A stretch of DNA of 62,351 bases, counting the filler, from Mustelus asterias (taxonomy: Eukaryota): the NCBI RefSeq assembly GCF_964213995.1. It is 4 parts of 4 records of this genome, joined end to end, with 100 filler letters (N's around TTAATTAATTAA, not from the genome) between each part and the next. Parts side by side here need not be neighbours in the genome. Positions count along the whole stretch, not along the records: positions 1 to 30,000 come from NW_027590182.1; 3 more parts are not named here. One strand, given 5' to 3'. Of this stretch, positions 13,501 to 25,301 are shown piece after piece. Under the pieces are notes generated by a model, which saw nothing but the letters and a program-made list of their open reading frames with translations, was not told the DNA's origin and did not search any database. Positions within the stretch are counted from its first letter, which is position 1. Every line of letters begins with the position of its first letter. Made by a program: the position numbers and the translations under genes.

Positions 13501-14399
13501 GGCCGTTACAGTCTATACATATTCAGCAGTATGCAATTTTAACACTTTTGCAGGTTATAATAAGACACTTGTAGTAAAAGTGAAAAAGTAAAATATTACA
13601 ATGTGATTAGATTTAAGTAAATGAATGACAGATGTCTGAATGTTTCTGTTCAGTAATTTGAAATTATATTTAACATTGTCTAAGATTTAATTGTAACCTA
13701 ATTATTTAACAATGTTGGAGGCAGAAGCACATTTTGAATGATTGAAAACCCATTTTATTACAGAGTACAAATGAGCTGACAGGAGAACTAACTAGTAATT
13801 AACAATAACTTAAAATATAATAATGCTGCTGATTAATTCAAAACAAACTACCGTGAATATTGTACAGGCGTGCAAAATACAATCCGTTTTAGAGAATATT
13901 CAATTGTATCGGAAATGTATTCAGAAACAAAACATTACTTTACTCAGCTGTGCTCACTCGATAAAGTGCTTTGCTTTGATTAATTTGTTGAGTACATTTA
14001 ATTAAGAAATTAGATCTAATCAGGTAATGATTTTCAATCTAAATGTTTCTTGATTTGGTTACTTCTTGCTGTGTCACCGCATCTCTGTTAGGGACATTGA
14101 ACTGTCCTGAATCTGTTATTTTTGATTGCTCATTTTCGGCGAAATTACATTTTTACATAGTTTTCGAGAAGTGAGACAGAGGAATAATTAACAGTCGAAA
14201 GGTGTTTTGAAATGAATATCAGTTTAATTTAAAATAGGTTATTAATTTTCTGTTGTTGTAAGTTGGCCATTGATCAATTAGAATCCAACAGTTTGAATGA
14301 AATTGACAGATTGAACAGATCGATCTGCTGGGCACTCGATTGTTGCACCGTTTATGTCTGTTCTGTTTCTGTGCGCGTGGTCACTGTGTTGGGGCCAGG

Positions 14400-14417
14400 A
14401 AACACACACACACACAC

Positions 14418-14448
<31 letters not shown>

Positions 14449-15648
14449 TGCACTATCCCTCCCACATTCCCGTACTCTCACTTCGTCTCACACTCATTCA
14501 CATGCTCCCTCTCTCATACGAACACTTCCACACGCATTCTCTCACGCAGGCACATATTTCTCTCTCTTTCACACGCTTACTCCCTTACACATTATCTCAC
14601 ATACGCACAATCTTGCTCTCAAACACTGTCTCTCACAAAGACTCTCTCTCTCACACGCCCACAGTCTCTCCGTCTCTCACACACGAACACACATGTATAC
14701 ACAATGTATCTCTCTGAAACACTCCACCTATCACAGACACGTTTTCTCTCAATCGTTATTTCACTCACACACACTCACACATCCACTCTGTCTAATTTTC
14801 ACACTTTTTCTCGCTCACACTCTCCCCGCCCCTCCACACACGCACACACACACACACACACACACTTTGAAGAACAGAGACACTCTCACACACATAAAGA
14901 ATATCTCTTCAAACACACACTCTCTCTCTCACACACACACATTCGCGATATCACATATCCTTTCTCTACGCACACTCTCTCCTCTTGCACACACAGACCA
15001 CTGTCTCACACACGTGCAAAAGCACTCATGTGTCTGACACACTCTCACCCACATAAACCACACACAACGTCTCTCTCTCACACACAAAAACTCTTTCTCT
15101 CTGTCACAGACACACACGCTCACACACACACACACACTCAAAAATATTGCTTCTATCACCCACACACATTGTACACATCTTTCTCACTCACACGCAATCC
15201 CATGCACACTTTCACACACTCATGAACCTACTATTTTGCTTTCAAATAGGCACTCCCTCTCGCACACACTGTCTTTCACATGAACACAACACTCTCTCCC
15301 ACACACAGACCCTCCTTCTCAAGCACACGCACTCTCTTTCACAGACACCCTGTATCTCATATAGACACACTTCTTTTCACATAAACACACACTCAATCAC
15401 ACACAGAAGTACTCTCTCATACAGACTCCCCACACACATTCTCCCCGCCCCTCCACACACACACTTTCAAGGTGAGACACACTATCACACACAAAGAATA
15501 ACTCTTCAAACACATGCTCTCTCACACACACACATTATCTCACACACCCTTTCTCGCACACACACTCTCCCCTCTTGCACGCACAGCCCACTGTCTTACA
15601 CACGTGCAAACGTAGTCTATCACACACAGGCACCCTCCCACACATTCA

Positions 15649-15679
<31 letters not shown>

Positions 15680-17250
15680 CCAAACACCCTCTCACACACT
15701 TTCCATCTCACATACGTCAGAGTGTCTGTCCTTGACATCATAGAATAGAATCATAGGATCCTACAGTACAGAAGGAGGCCATTCAGCCCATCGAGTCTGC
15801 ACCAACAGCAATCCCGATCCCCATAACCACATGTATTTACCCTAACTAGTCACCCTGACACTAAGGCGCAATTTAGCACGGCTAATCCACCGAACCCGCA
15901 CATCTTTGGACTGTGGGAGGAAACAGGAACACCCGAATGAAACCCAAATAGACATGGGGGGAACTTGCAAACTCCACACAGACAGTGACCCAAGTCGGGA
16001 ATCCAACTCTGAGGCAGCAGCGCTAATCACTGTGCCACCGTGCCACCATCCCCCCGCCCCCCCACTTACTCACTCGCATTCACTCACTCACCCTCATTCA
16101 CTCACACTCACACCCTCATTCACTCACCAGCACTCACTCACTCACACCCACTCACCCTCACACATCCTCACTCACTCATCCCCATTCACTCACTGTCACT
16201 CAGCTACCCACACTCATGCGCTATCACTCACTCAACCTCACTCACTAACCCTCAGTCACTCACTCAGAGCCTCAGTCACTCACCAACACTCATAGTCACC
16301 TTCATTCACTCATCCCACTAACCCACCCTCACTCACCCAGTCTCACTCACTCTCACTCACTCACCCTACTTACCCACCCTCATTTATCCAGTCTCACTCA
16401 CTCTCACTCACCCTCACTCACCCCACTAACGCACCTTCACTCATCCAGTCTCAATCACTCTCACTCACTCACCGCATTCACCCTCCCTCACTTATCCAGT
16501 CTCATTCACTCTCACTCACCCTCACTCACCCCACTTACGCACCTTCACTCATCCAGTCTCAATCTCTCTCACTCACACTCACTCACTCTCCCCACTTACC
16601 GACCCTCACTCACCCAGACGCACCCCCACACACTCAAGCTCAATCACCCTCTCTCTCTCACGTACGCCACCTGACCCATTCAAACTCACTGAGACTCACG
16701 CACCTACATTCACTCACACACCCTCACATATTCACCATCACTCAAGGTCACCCACCCTAACTCACAGATCCTCAATCACTCATCCTCACTCAAACACCTT
16801 CACTCACTCACCCTCACTCATCCACCCATCCGCATTTATTCTCCCTCACACACTCTCACACCACCCTCAATAACACACCCTGACTCACTCACTCTCTCAC
16901 CCTCACTTACTAAGTCACATTCACTCCTCACCCTCATTCACTCGCTCTCACTCACCCACCTTCACTAACCTTCACGCATCCTCACTCGCTCACCCTCATT
17001 CATTCATTCTCTCTTACCAACACTCACTCACCCACCTTCACTCACACATTCAGCCACCTTCACTCACCCACCATCTCTCACACACCCTCATTTACTCACG
17101 CTCTCTCAACCTCACCCACACTTACTCACTCACACTCAATCACTCACCCTCACTTACCCACCTCCCATCACTCACACACCATCACTCATCCACTTTCACT
17201 CCTTCAATCACTCACCCTCACGCACTCACATTCTCTCACTCACACTCACT
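14400..17250. repeat. C/A-rich low-complexity block: (CA)n/(CT)n, then (TCAC)n-like
   Basis: Directly visible. Internal duplication of about 14810-15080 at about 15430-15680. Confidence 0.9.
15740..16046 (-). mobile_element. V-SINE (HE1-like), near full length
   Basis: Reverse complement begins GGCACGGTGGCACAGTGATTAGCGCTGCTGCCTC and ends in a (TTCTA/ATG) tail. Confidence 0.85.
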
Positions 17251-17329
17251 AAACCTGTGTGTGGAGGTCTGCGATGAGAGAGAAGAAAGATCTCAAGCAG
17301 CAGTTTGGTCTTCAAATGTGGGAGCTGCC

Positions 17330-18030
17330 CTGGGAATGTGGAGAGCTGGAGGGAATCCCTGGGGGCTCAGGGCCAAGGACAATGGCAAAGAGCCGGGGAG
17401 AACAGGAGGCGTGGTAAAGGGCAGAGAGCTGGCGGCGGGGGGGGGGGGGGGGGGGGGGGCACAGAGTCTGGGGAAAGGGCCGAGAGCCAGGAGAAAGGGC
17501 AGAGAGCCAGGAGAAAGGGCAGAGAGCCAGGAGAAATGGGAAAGAGCGCCAATGGAAAGGGCAGGGAGCCAGGTGAAAGGGCAGAGAAACAGGAGAAAAG
17601 GCAGCGAGATGGAGGAAATGGCAGAGAGATCAGGGAAAGAGGAGAGAGCCAGGATAAAGGGCAGGGAGGCCGGGGAAAGGACAGAGAGCCGACGAAAAGT
17701 GCAAAAGAGCCCTGGGGAAAGGGCAGAGAGTCAGGGGGAAAGGCAGAGAGTCAGGGGGGATGGGCAGAGAGCCGGGGGAAAGGACAGAGAGCCAGGGGAA
17801 AGGGGAAAGAGAATAGTGAGCAGGGACAGAGGGCAGAGAGCCAGGGGAAAGGGTAGGGTGCTGAGGGAAAGGGCAGAGAGCCGGGGGGAGAGGGCACAGA
17901 GCTGGAGGGAAGTGTAGAGAGCCAGGTGGAAGTGCAGAGAGCCGGGTGAAAGGGGAAAGGAGCCACAGGGAATGGCAGAGAGCCAGGGGAAAGGGCAGAG
18001 TGCCAGGGAAAATGGGCAGAGAGTGGGTGA
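17330..18030 (+). repeat. Purine/G-rich ~20-bp minisatellite (GGGAAAGGGCAGAGAGCCAG-like) in the JH-Cmu intron
   Basis: Directly visible imperfect tandem units plus a long G homopolymer near 17437-17459. Confidence 0.85.
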
Positions 18031-19002
18031 TCGACGGGCGGAGTGAGGAGGTGCAAAATAGAGCTATCACCACAATCAGATCATCTGTAATCTCAGTGAA
18101 CGATGGAGGTGACTTCAGGGTCCGAATGGTCAACTCTTGCTATTAATGTACGACCCTTAAATTAGTCAATGTTGCAATTATTTGAATTTGTAATCACATT
18201 TACAGTTTCCTGGTCATTCAGTAAGTATTCATTCCGAAGGTATTTCTGAAGGAAAGTCACTAATCTTCGTTTTGTGGAGTGAGAGGCAGTGAGTTGGAGA
18301 GAGGAAGGGGCATTAGTCAGTTTGAACACAGGCAATATCCAAAAATTACAATGTGGACATGCCGACGCTAGGTTGGGGTGGGCACAGTAAGGAGTCTCAC
18401 AACACCAGGTTAAAGTACAACACGCTTATTTGGAATTGCGAATTTTTGGAGCTCTTTCATCAGGTGAGTGGCTGATATGAATGAAGAGACAACTTCTTCA
18501 TCACAAAGTGCTGTTGTTTGAGAAATAGGTAGTGCCTGAAATAATGGAGAAAGTCTTTACTCTTCTCTGTTAATCCAATGAATGGTATGTCATTACGATG
18601 ACATCAAAATGATTTTGTCTTTACAATCTGATAGATGTGGTGACATTGATGTGAGTTTCTACAAAAATGGCGATTCCCAACTGATAGGAGTAACAGAAGC
18701 TCAAAGGTGTGCGTAGGTTTTAATCGGGAAATATTAACTTAAGTTCATAATTCTAGTCAAATCGTGACGTTGAAACATAGAAAATAGAAGCAGGAGGAGG
18801 CCATTCGGCCCTTTGACCCTGCTCCACCATTCACTTTGATCATGGCTCAATAATATCCTGACCCCGCCTACTACCCATATCCACTGATCCCTTTAGGCCC
18901 AAGAGCTATACCTAATATAGAAACATACTTGTATAAATATGTTTAATTAATTAATAAACGCAGGTAATAGTCTAACTTGTTTAAACGACTATTCTTTCCC
19001 AG

Positions 19003-19302
19003 CGACACCGTCTCCGCCCACTCTCTACAGCCTCGTCTCTTCCTGTCAGCAACACAACCCCGACGGCTCCATCACCTACGGCTGTTTGGCGATGGACTAC
19101 TCTCCAGATGTCTCCAAACTGACTTGGAAGAAAAATGGGCAGCTGATCGACACTGGATTTAAGACTTATCCATCGGTGAGAAACGCGAAGGGAACCTACA
19201 CCTTGAGCAGCCAGTTAACCATCACCCAGTCAGAGGGAGAGTGCAGCAAAATCAAGTGTGAGGTTCGACACAGCAGCTCGGTCAAGAGCATTGGAATGCA
19301 AT
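19003..19302 (+). CDS. IGHM: IgM Cmu1 exon
   Basis: 300 nt, phase 1/1. Encodes [16 protein letters not shown]...[28 protein letters not shown]. Donor GTAAGT at 19303. Confidence 0.95.
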
Positions 19303-20273
19303 GTAAGTGTTGTGGAACTTGGGCAAGACAGGAACGCGCCGATTGAACTGTATAAGGCTTTAGTTATAACTGATATGTAGCACTCTGAAAAATTGAATTA
19401 TGCAAAATCCAGGTAAGTGCCTACTGACTGAAAAGTTGCTCAGAACCAAAGAACAACAGAAATGCTACTGCGCAGAATGAGGCCATTTAGCCCATCATGT
19501 CTGTGCTGGCCAAAAGGGAGAACAAATAAACGAGCCTGACAAAGTAAGCCTATTTTCCAGCCCTTGCTCCGTAGCATTGCAGCTTAAAGCACTTGAGATG
19601 CAGACACAGATACCTTTTAAATGACCATGCTCCCTGGTAATTGAACCCTCCACTTGGGGAATGAATTATTTCTGCCTACGTCCCTTATTATTTTGTGAAC
19701 CACAATTATGTCACGCCTCAGCCTCCTCTTTTCCGAAAGAGAACAAACCCTGCCTATCCAATCTCGCCTCATGGCGGCAATTTTCAGTCCCTGGCAACAT
19801 TCTTGTAAACCTCATCTCTCTCCAGAGTCATTACGTTATTCCTGCATTGTGGTGACCAGAACTGTACAGCAAACTCCAAACGTGGCCTAACTAGGTTTTA
19901 TGCAGCTCCATCATTGCATCACTGTTTTTGTATTCAATCCCTCACATAATAGAGGAACTAATCTGATATGCTTTCTTGATCAACTTTTCCAGCTGCCCTA
20001 CCATCTACAAGGACCTGTGGACGTGCTCTCTAAAGTCTTGCATTTCCTCAATCCCTCTTAACATTCCAGTTTATTGCCTTGCTTTGTTTTCCCTCCCCAA
20101 ATGCATTGTGTGGCACTTTTGACGGTTGAATTCCATTCGCCATTTCCCTGCCAATTCAACCAAACCATGGATATAATTCTCAAATCGGCAGCTATGGTGC
20201 TAAAATAAAAGAACTAATTTTAATTGATGTCAATTGAATCTTCAAGTAACGTCTGAACATTTGTTTGTTGAAG

Positions 20274-20583
20274 GCCCAATCGTTATCACCCCAACCGTTA
20301 TCCTCACCGTGAGTTCCAGTGAAGAAATCACCAGCAGAAAATTTGCAACCATCGTCTGTTCAATCATTGATTTCCAGCCAAAGTCAATGACGGTGAAGTG
20401 GCTGAAGAATGGACAACCCATGAATTCAGGAATTGTCACCTCTCCCGCCTGTGAAGTGAATGGGAACTTCTCGGCCAGCAGTCGGTTGACAGTCTCCGCT
20501 CAGGAATGGTTCAGCAAAGCGGTCTATACCTGCCAGGTCACTCATCAAGGATTTACTGAGTCAGAACATCAGCGGATCTCTGG
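20274..20583 (+). CDS. IGHM: IgM Cmu2 exon, out of phase (310 nt, apparent 2-nt deletion near 20557)
   Basis: Encodes [41 protein letters not shown]. The donor GTAAGA at 20584 falls in phase 2, whereas the flanking exons are phase 1. Confidence 0.9.
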
Positions 20584-21496
20584 GTAAGAGACTCAAACCG
20601 AGAAAAAAATTATTCCGCTGTTAATCGAAATTAGGGATCTATTAAAGTTAATACAAAGCATAGAACAACTTCTAAGTTATTGTCATGTAGTTTGCTGCAT
20701 TGGGACAGTGCCCCATTCAGAACTTCATCACAACATCAATTTTTGTTATTCCTTCATGAGATGTGCATTTGTGGCCCATCCCGGGGGCCACTTAAGCGTC
20801 AACCACGTTACTGTGGATCTGGAGTCACATGCATGCCAGGCCAGATAAAGACAACAGATTTACTTTTCTAAACGGCATTCGTGAACCAGGTGGGCTTTTG
20901 CAACAATGGCTTCATGATGATCATTTGACTTTTAATCATAGATTTTTACTAAATTCAAATTTCACCATCTGCAGTGGTGAGATTCGAATCTGTGTCCCCA
21001 GAGTCGTGCCCTGGGTTACAAGACCATTGGCAACACCACCATGCCACTGCCTCCCCTTGAAGTAGTGTTCCCTTCCATTTTGAAGTAATATAGTGAGCGA
21101 GGTGGTCTTGATGTCAGCTTTTTCCTGAGACAGCTGGTAAGATTTGGAGAGACAGTCGGTGTCGGACTGTTTCACAGGTCACAGCATAGGGGTAAAATAT
21201 TGGGAAGTGCATCCACCCTACTTATAAACTAACTGCCAGTACTTGGTTCCTGAGTTCAGGAATGCTATATTTGTTGGGGAATACTGCAATGTTGATTCAT
21301 GAGAATGATACCGCTGCTAAAATACTTGAACAAAAAGAGAATAATTTCACAGAGCAGGCTGGTTTTCCATCCTCCATAGAGGTTGAAAGGTGATAGAGGT
21401 TGATATATCGAAGGCAACTTCGTCTCCTTCAGGCTGAAGACTGCTGTCTTGCTTCTGAAGAGGGAACTAGGGTTGATTTTCATTTTTCATTCACAG

Positions 21497-21805
21497 ATCC
21501 TCCCCAGTGCCCTGATACCACAGTGACGATACAGCCACCACCAATAGAACAGGTCTTACTGGAGGCAACAGTGACCTTAACCTGCATCATTTCTAATGCT
21601 CCTTATGGAGTCAACGTATCCTGGATCCGAGACAGGAAGTATTTGAAATCAGAGATTGCCGAAAAGCCTGGAGCGGATCCTGACAGCGTGGTCAGCAAAT
21701 TAAACGTCTCGACACAAGCCTGGCTGAGTGCGGCTGTGTTTGACTGCGTGGTGAGCCATCAGGATCTGCCGACCCCTTTAAGAAAATCCATCCACAAGGA
21801 AACAG
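21497..21805 (+). CDS. IGHM: IgM Cmu3 exon
   Basis: 309 nt, phase 1/1. Encodes [44 protein letters not shown]. Donor GTGAG at 21806. Confidence 0.95.
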
Positions 21806-22300
21806 GTGAGCTGAGAGATTGAAGCAATAAATGTGTCACTGTGTCTATTTCCAGTGTAAGTGGACTGGTCAATATTCAGTATTCAGTGCATTAATGGTCT
21901 CCCCTGAGTGGAAACTCCACTAACTAAAGACTCTGGTCCTGCAGATATTTTTACGGGGAAATTTGATGTGTTGATGAATGAAAAGTGAACTGAAGGCGAT
22001 GTTATTGGGTTTAGATCGAATAAGGAGGGAGGAGCCTGATGTGGAGCATAAAAACCAATAAAAAAGCAGAACAGTTGGGCCGAAGAGCCTGATTCAGTGC
22101 TGTAAACTTTCTGAAACTTTCCAGTCCAACCCGCTGAGTTATTTGAGAAAACAATTGCGTTCAACTCTCCTCCAAGCTGGAAGTCAAAAATAAAAACATT
22201 TAGAATCGAAAGCGAAGCACATTTTTCTGATACCGAGCCAGCAGTTTCATTGTCTCCAGAATTCTCCAGTTTATTGACATTTATTGTACATTTTCTGCAG

Positions 22301-22692
22301 ATCCAAATCCGCGGGAACCGTTCGTCTCTGTCCTCTTGCCCTCGGCAGAAGAAGTCTCCGCTCAGAGATTCGTCTCCCTCAGCTGCTTAGTGAGACGTTT
22401 CTCCCCTCGAGAGATCTTCGTCAAGTGGACCGTCAACGACAAGCCGGTGAATCCTGGGAACTATAAGAACACCGAGGTGGTCGCGGAGAGCGGGAATAGC
22501 TCCTTCTTCATGTACAGCCTGTTATCCATTGCTGCAGAGGAGTGGTCCAGCGGCGCTTCTTACTCCTGTGTGGTGGGACATGAAGCCATCCCCTTGAAGA
22601 TCATCAACAGAACAGTTGACAAATCCAGCGGTAAACCCAGTTTTGTGAACATTTCCCTTGCTCTGATGGACACCGTTAATTCATGTCAATGA
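22301..22692 (+). CDS. IGHM: IgM Cmu4 exon plus secretory tailpiece
   Basis: Encodes [16 protein letters not shown]...[13 protein letters not shown], then tail [20 protein letters not shown] (NIS glycan site, penultimate Cys). The internal membrane-form donor G|GTAAA is at 22631. Confidence 0.96.
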
Positions 22693-22719
22693 GAATCATT
22701 CGCGAACATTAAAAACTTC

Positions 22720-22734
22720 AATAAAAATAATAAA
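22720..22734 (+). terminator. Secretory mu polyadenylation signals
   Basis: AATAAA at 22720 and 22729, just after the stop codon. Confidence 0.8.
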
Positions 22735-23489
22735 ATATTTTTCCTCTAACAACAAATGAAATAGCCAAACGCTTAATTGATTGTTTTTCAGTTTTACTTC
22801 CATTAGCTATCTTTGGTTTGACTCAGATATTTTCAGGTCTCAGGTCCAAGTCTTGTTGAACCAGTGCGCCCAGCTCAGACAGACCCTGTGTTAGAGACAG
22901 AGTGGAGCGCATTCATTACAGGATTCTGCAAAATATCTTCACCGACTTTCCTCCCTGAGGAAAACTCCGACAATTTCAACATTTCTGACAAACAAACACA
23001 ACATTTAGATCTCGGTGTTCCTGCTTCTCTCGTTGTCCATGCCTTTACGCATTGATGTCATATTTAAGCTGCTGCACCACACCCACTGGGAACTGAAGTG
23101 AGGGTCACACAGAAACATGGAGCAACAATCCCCCCATCAGAGAGAGGGAGAGTGAAATTGTTAACATACCGGATTCCTACTCACCCAACAAAGAGAGGGG
23201 AGGAGCAGTAGCTAACCCATGTACCATCACTTCCTCAACGAAAGCAGGAGGAATGGCATTATTTAATCCATTCACCTCCACCTCCTCAGTGGTTAGAACC
23301 ATCAGGCACATTGCTTCACCAGGTAGAGAGAGGTAAACTATGAGCTCACTCTCCTCCCTCTCCCCAAGTAGCGTGTTTGGAAGGGAACGGCTCTCGACTA
23401 TAAGGACTCAGTTGTCAACAGTACAAATTAGCTTCCGTTTACTTGCTGCAGACTTTGAAGTATCATTATCATTATCAAAGTGTCATTGA

Positions 23490-23926
23490 AGTATATAATA
23501 CACATATACTTATATATATATATACTTATATATATATATATATGAATGTATACTTATATACATATATACTTATGCAACATAGTTTAAAAATGTTTCAACA
23601 CTCTTGTTCCTGTTAATCATGTGCTGGCATTGATTTCCCATGATACAAATTTAAACAAATAATAGAATCCTCCCCGGTTTTCACTGTTCTGTCACTGAGG
23701 TTTCTGAGATGCATCAATGAATTATTTCATTCGCTCTCCTGATATCACCGTGCCATTCACATAAAAGAAATTTCTACAGCAAACACGGAAAATATGCTCC
23801 ATTATTCATATTGTTTGGATCATGTTCAGTTAATGATTGCCAGTGAAACTTGAAGCAACAGTTAAAAAATACACACACTGACAATACCGCACAAAACTGT
23901 CACAATTATAAATACACACATAGGCG

Positions 23927-23960
<34 letters not shown>

Positions 23961-24345
23961 AGCACACACAGACACATCGACACAAATGCACAAATACACG
24001 CACAAATACACATACTCACAAAATGCACACAAATGCAGAAAGACACATGTAAATACACACACAAATGCACGCACATATACAGAAATACGGACAGGCGCAT
24101 TCAAATACAGACATAGAAGCACACATACACAGCACATACACATGCACAAAAACACACAGATCCATGCATACACACAGATACACTTTCACACACCATAGGT
24201 ACATGCAGTACTTGCACAAACGAACACACATGCAGAGAAACAAGAATGCACACACAAATGCACTCATGGACAATGCAGGCACAAACAAAAATACACACAC
24301 AAATACACACAGACACAAATACACCCACACAAAAATACACCCATA
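23490..24345. repeat. (AT)n microsatellite and degenerate (CA)n block
   Basis: Directly visible at 23493-23570 and 23870-24345. Confidence 0.8.
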
Positions 24346-24780
24346 CTTCAGTCCCACGCTCCTGATCTACGGACACCTGGTGCGGAGAGGGGAGGGTCGG
24401 GATGGCGACCTCCTCGTGAACCTGCTCCTGGGCCTGGCGAAACGCGCCATTTACCGGTCCAGGCAGCGGGCGATCGAGGGGGCCGTCCATCCTGACTGTC
24501 TTCCCCTCTACCGCGGCTACGTTCGCGGCCAGGTGTCCCTGGAGAGGGAGCATGCGGTGTCCACGGGCGAGGTTGACGCTTTCCGCGCCCGCTGGGCACC
24601 GCAGGGGTTGGGGTGCATTATTGACGCTAATAACCACATTTTAATTTGATGTTTTTAAGTTTCCTTTGCATTTTGATTTCTGTTCGGGCTGTTCCCCCTC
24701 CTTTTTGGGGAGCTGCCCCTTTTACTTTGTCCTGATTTAATTTGAGTTTGTTTACTTGGTTTGACCTAAAAAGAGGTCTG
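24345..24780 (+). mobile_element. Tx1/L1-clade LINE 3' fragment (ORF2 C-terminus and 3' UTR)
   Basis: GC-rich insert encoding FSPTLLIYGH..DLLVNLLLGLAKRAIYRSR..FRARW, followed by a T-rich UTR. Family assignment is from recall. Confidence 0.6.
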
Positions 24781-25301
24781 CTTTTCTCCCTTTTTGAACA
24801 AGGGAGTCACATTGGCTGTTTTCCAATCTTCAATACCCTTCCAAAATTTAGCGAGCTACGAAAAATTACAACCAAAGTGTCCACTATCTCTTCAGCAAAC
24901 TCCATTAAAAGCCGAGCGTGCAGTTAATTGGGTCCTGGTGACTTGTCCATCCTTCGCCACTGAAGGGAAAGGAAGGGAGCCCAGTCTGTATATTCCACAC
25001 ATTTTTAGTCAAGTCATACAGACATACATCTGTCTGGCAGCCTGCATGGAGATTTCCAGCTCTCTGTGTCCAGGGCAGGAAGCAGTGAGCATGGATCTGT
25101 CAATCAGCCCCAATCAGCATCTTCAGGAGAATTGGGAGGGTGAATATTGGATACAGCAGAGTGAGAATGAAGGGAGAGTGTGTGGGATGGAGATTCACAG
25201 CTTTTGGGGAATGAGAGAGGAAAGAATGTTCTACTGAAATTGTCAGTTCTTAATTTCTATCCTGACCTGACAGTGATTATTTTTGTAAACTCGTTTTGCA
25301 G

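Noticed and set aside
14360-14400. CACTGTG at 14382 as an additional D/J RSS
   Set aside because: No acceptable nonamer at 12 or 23 nt, and no J motif follows.
14263-18133. His/Thr-rich and Gly/Arg/Glu-rich ORFs in the JH-Cmu intron
   Set aside because: They are by-products of low-complexity repeats, with no splice or domain evidence.
18351-18470. Hammerhead in a Penelope-like remnant upstream of Cmu1
   Set aside because: The family match is visible on the minus strand, but stem II and the GAAA core are degraded.
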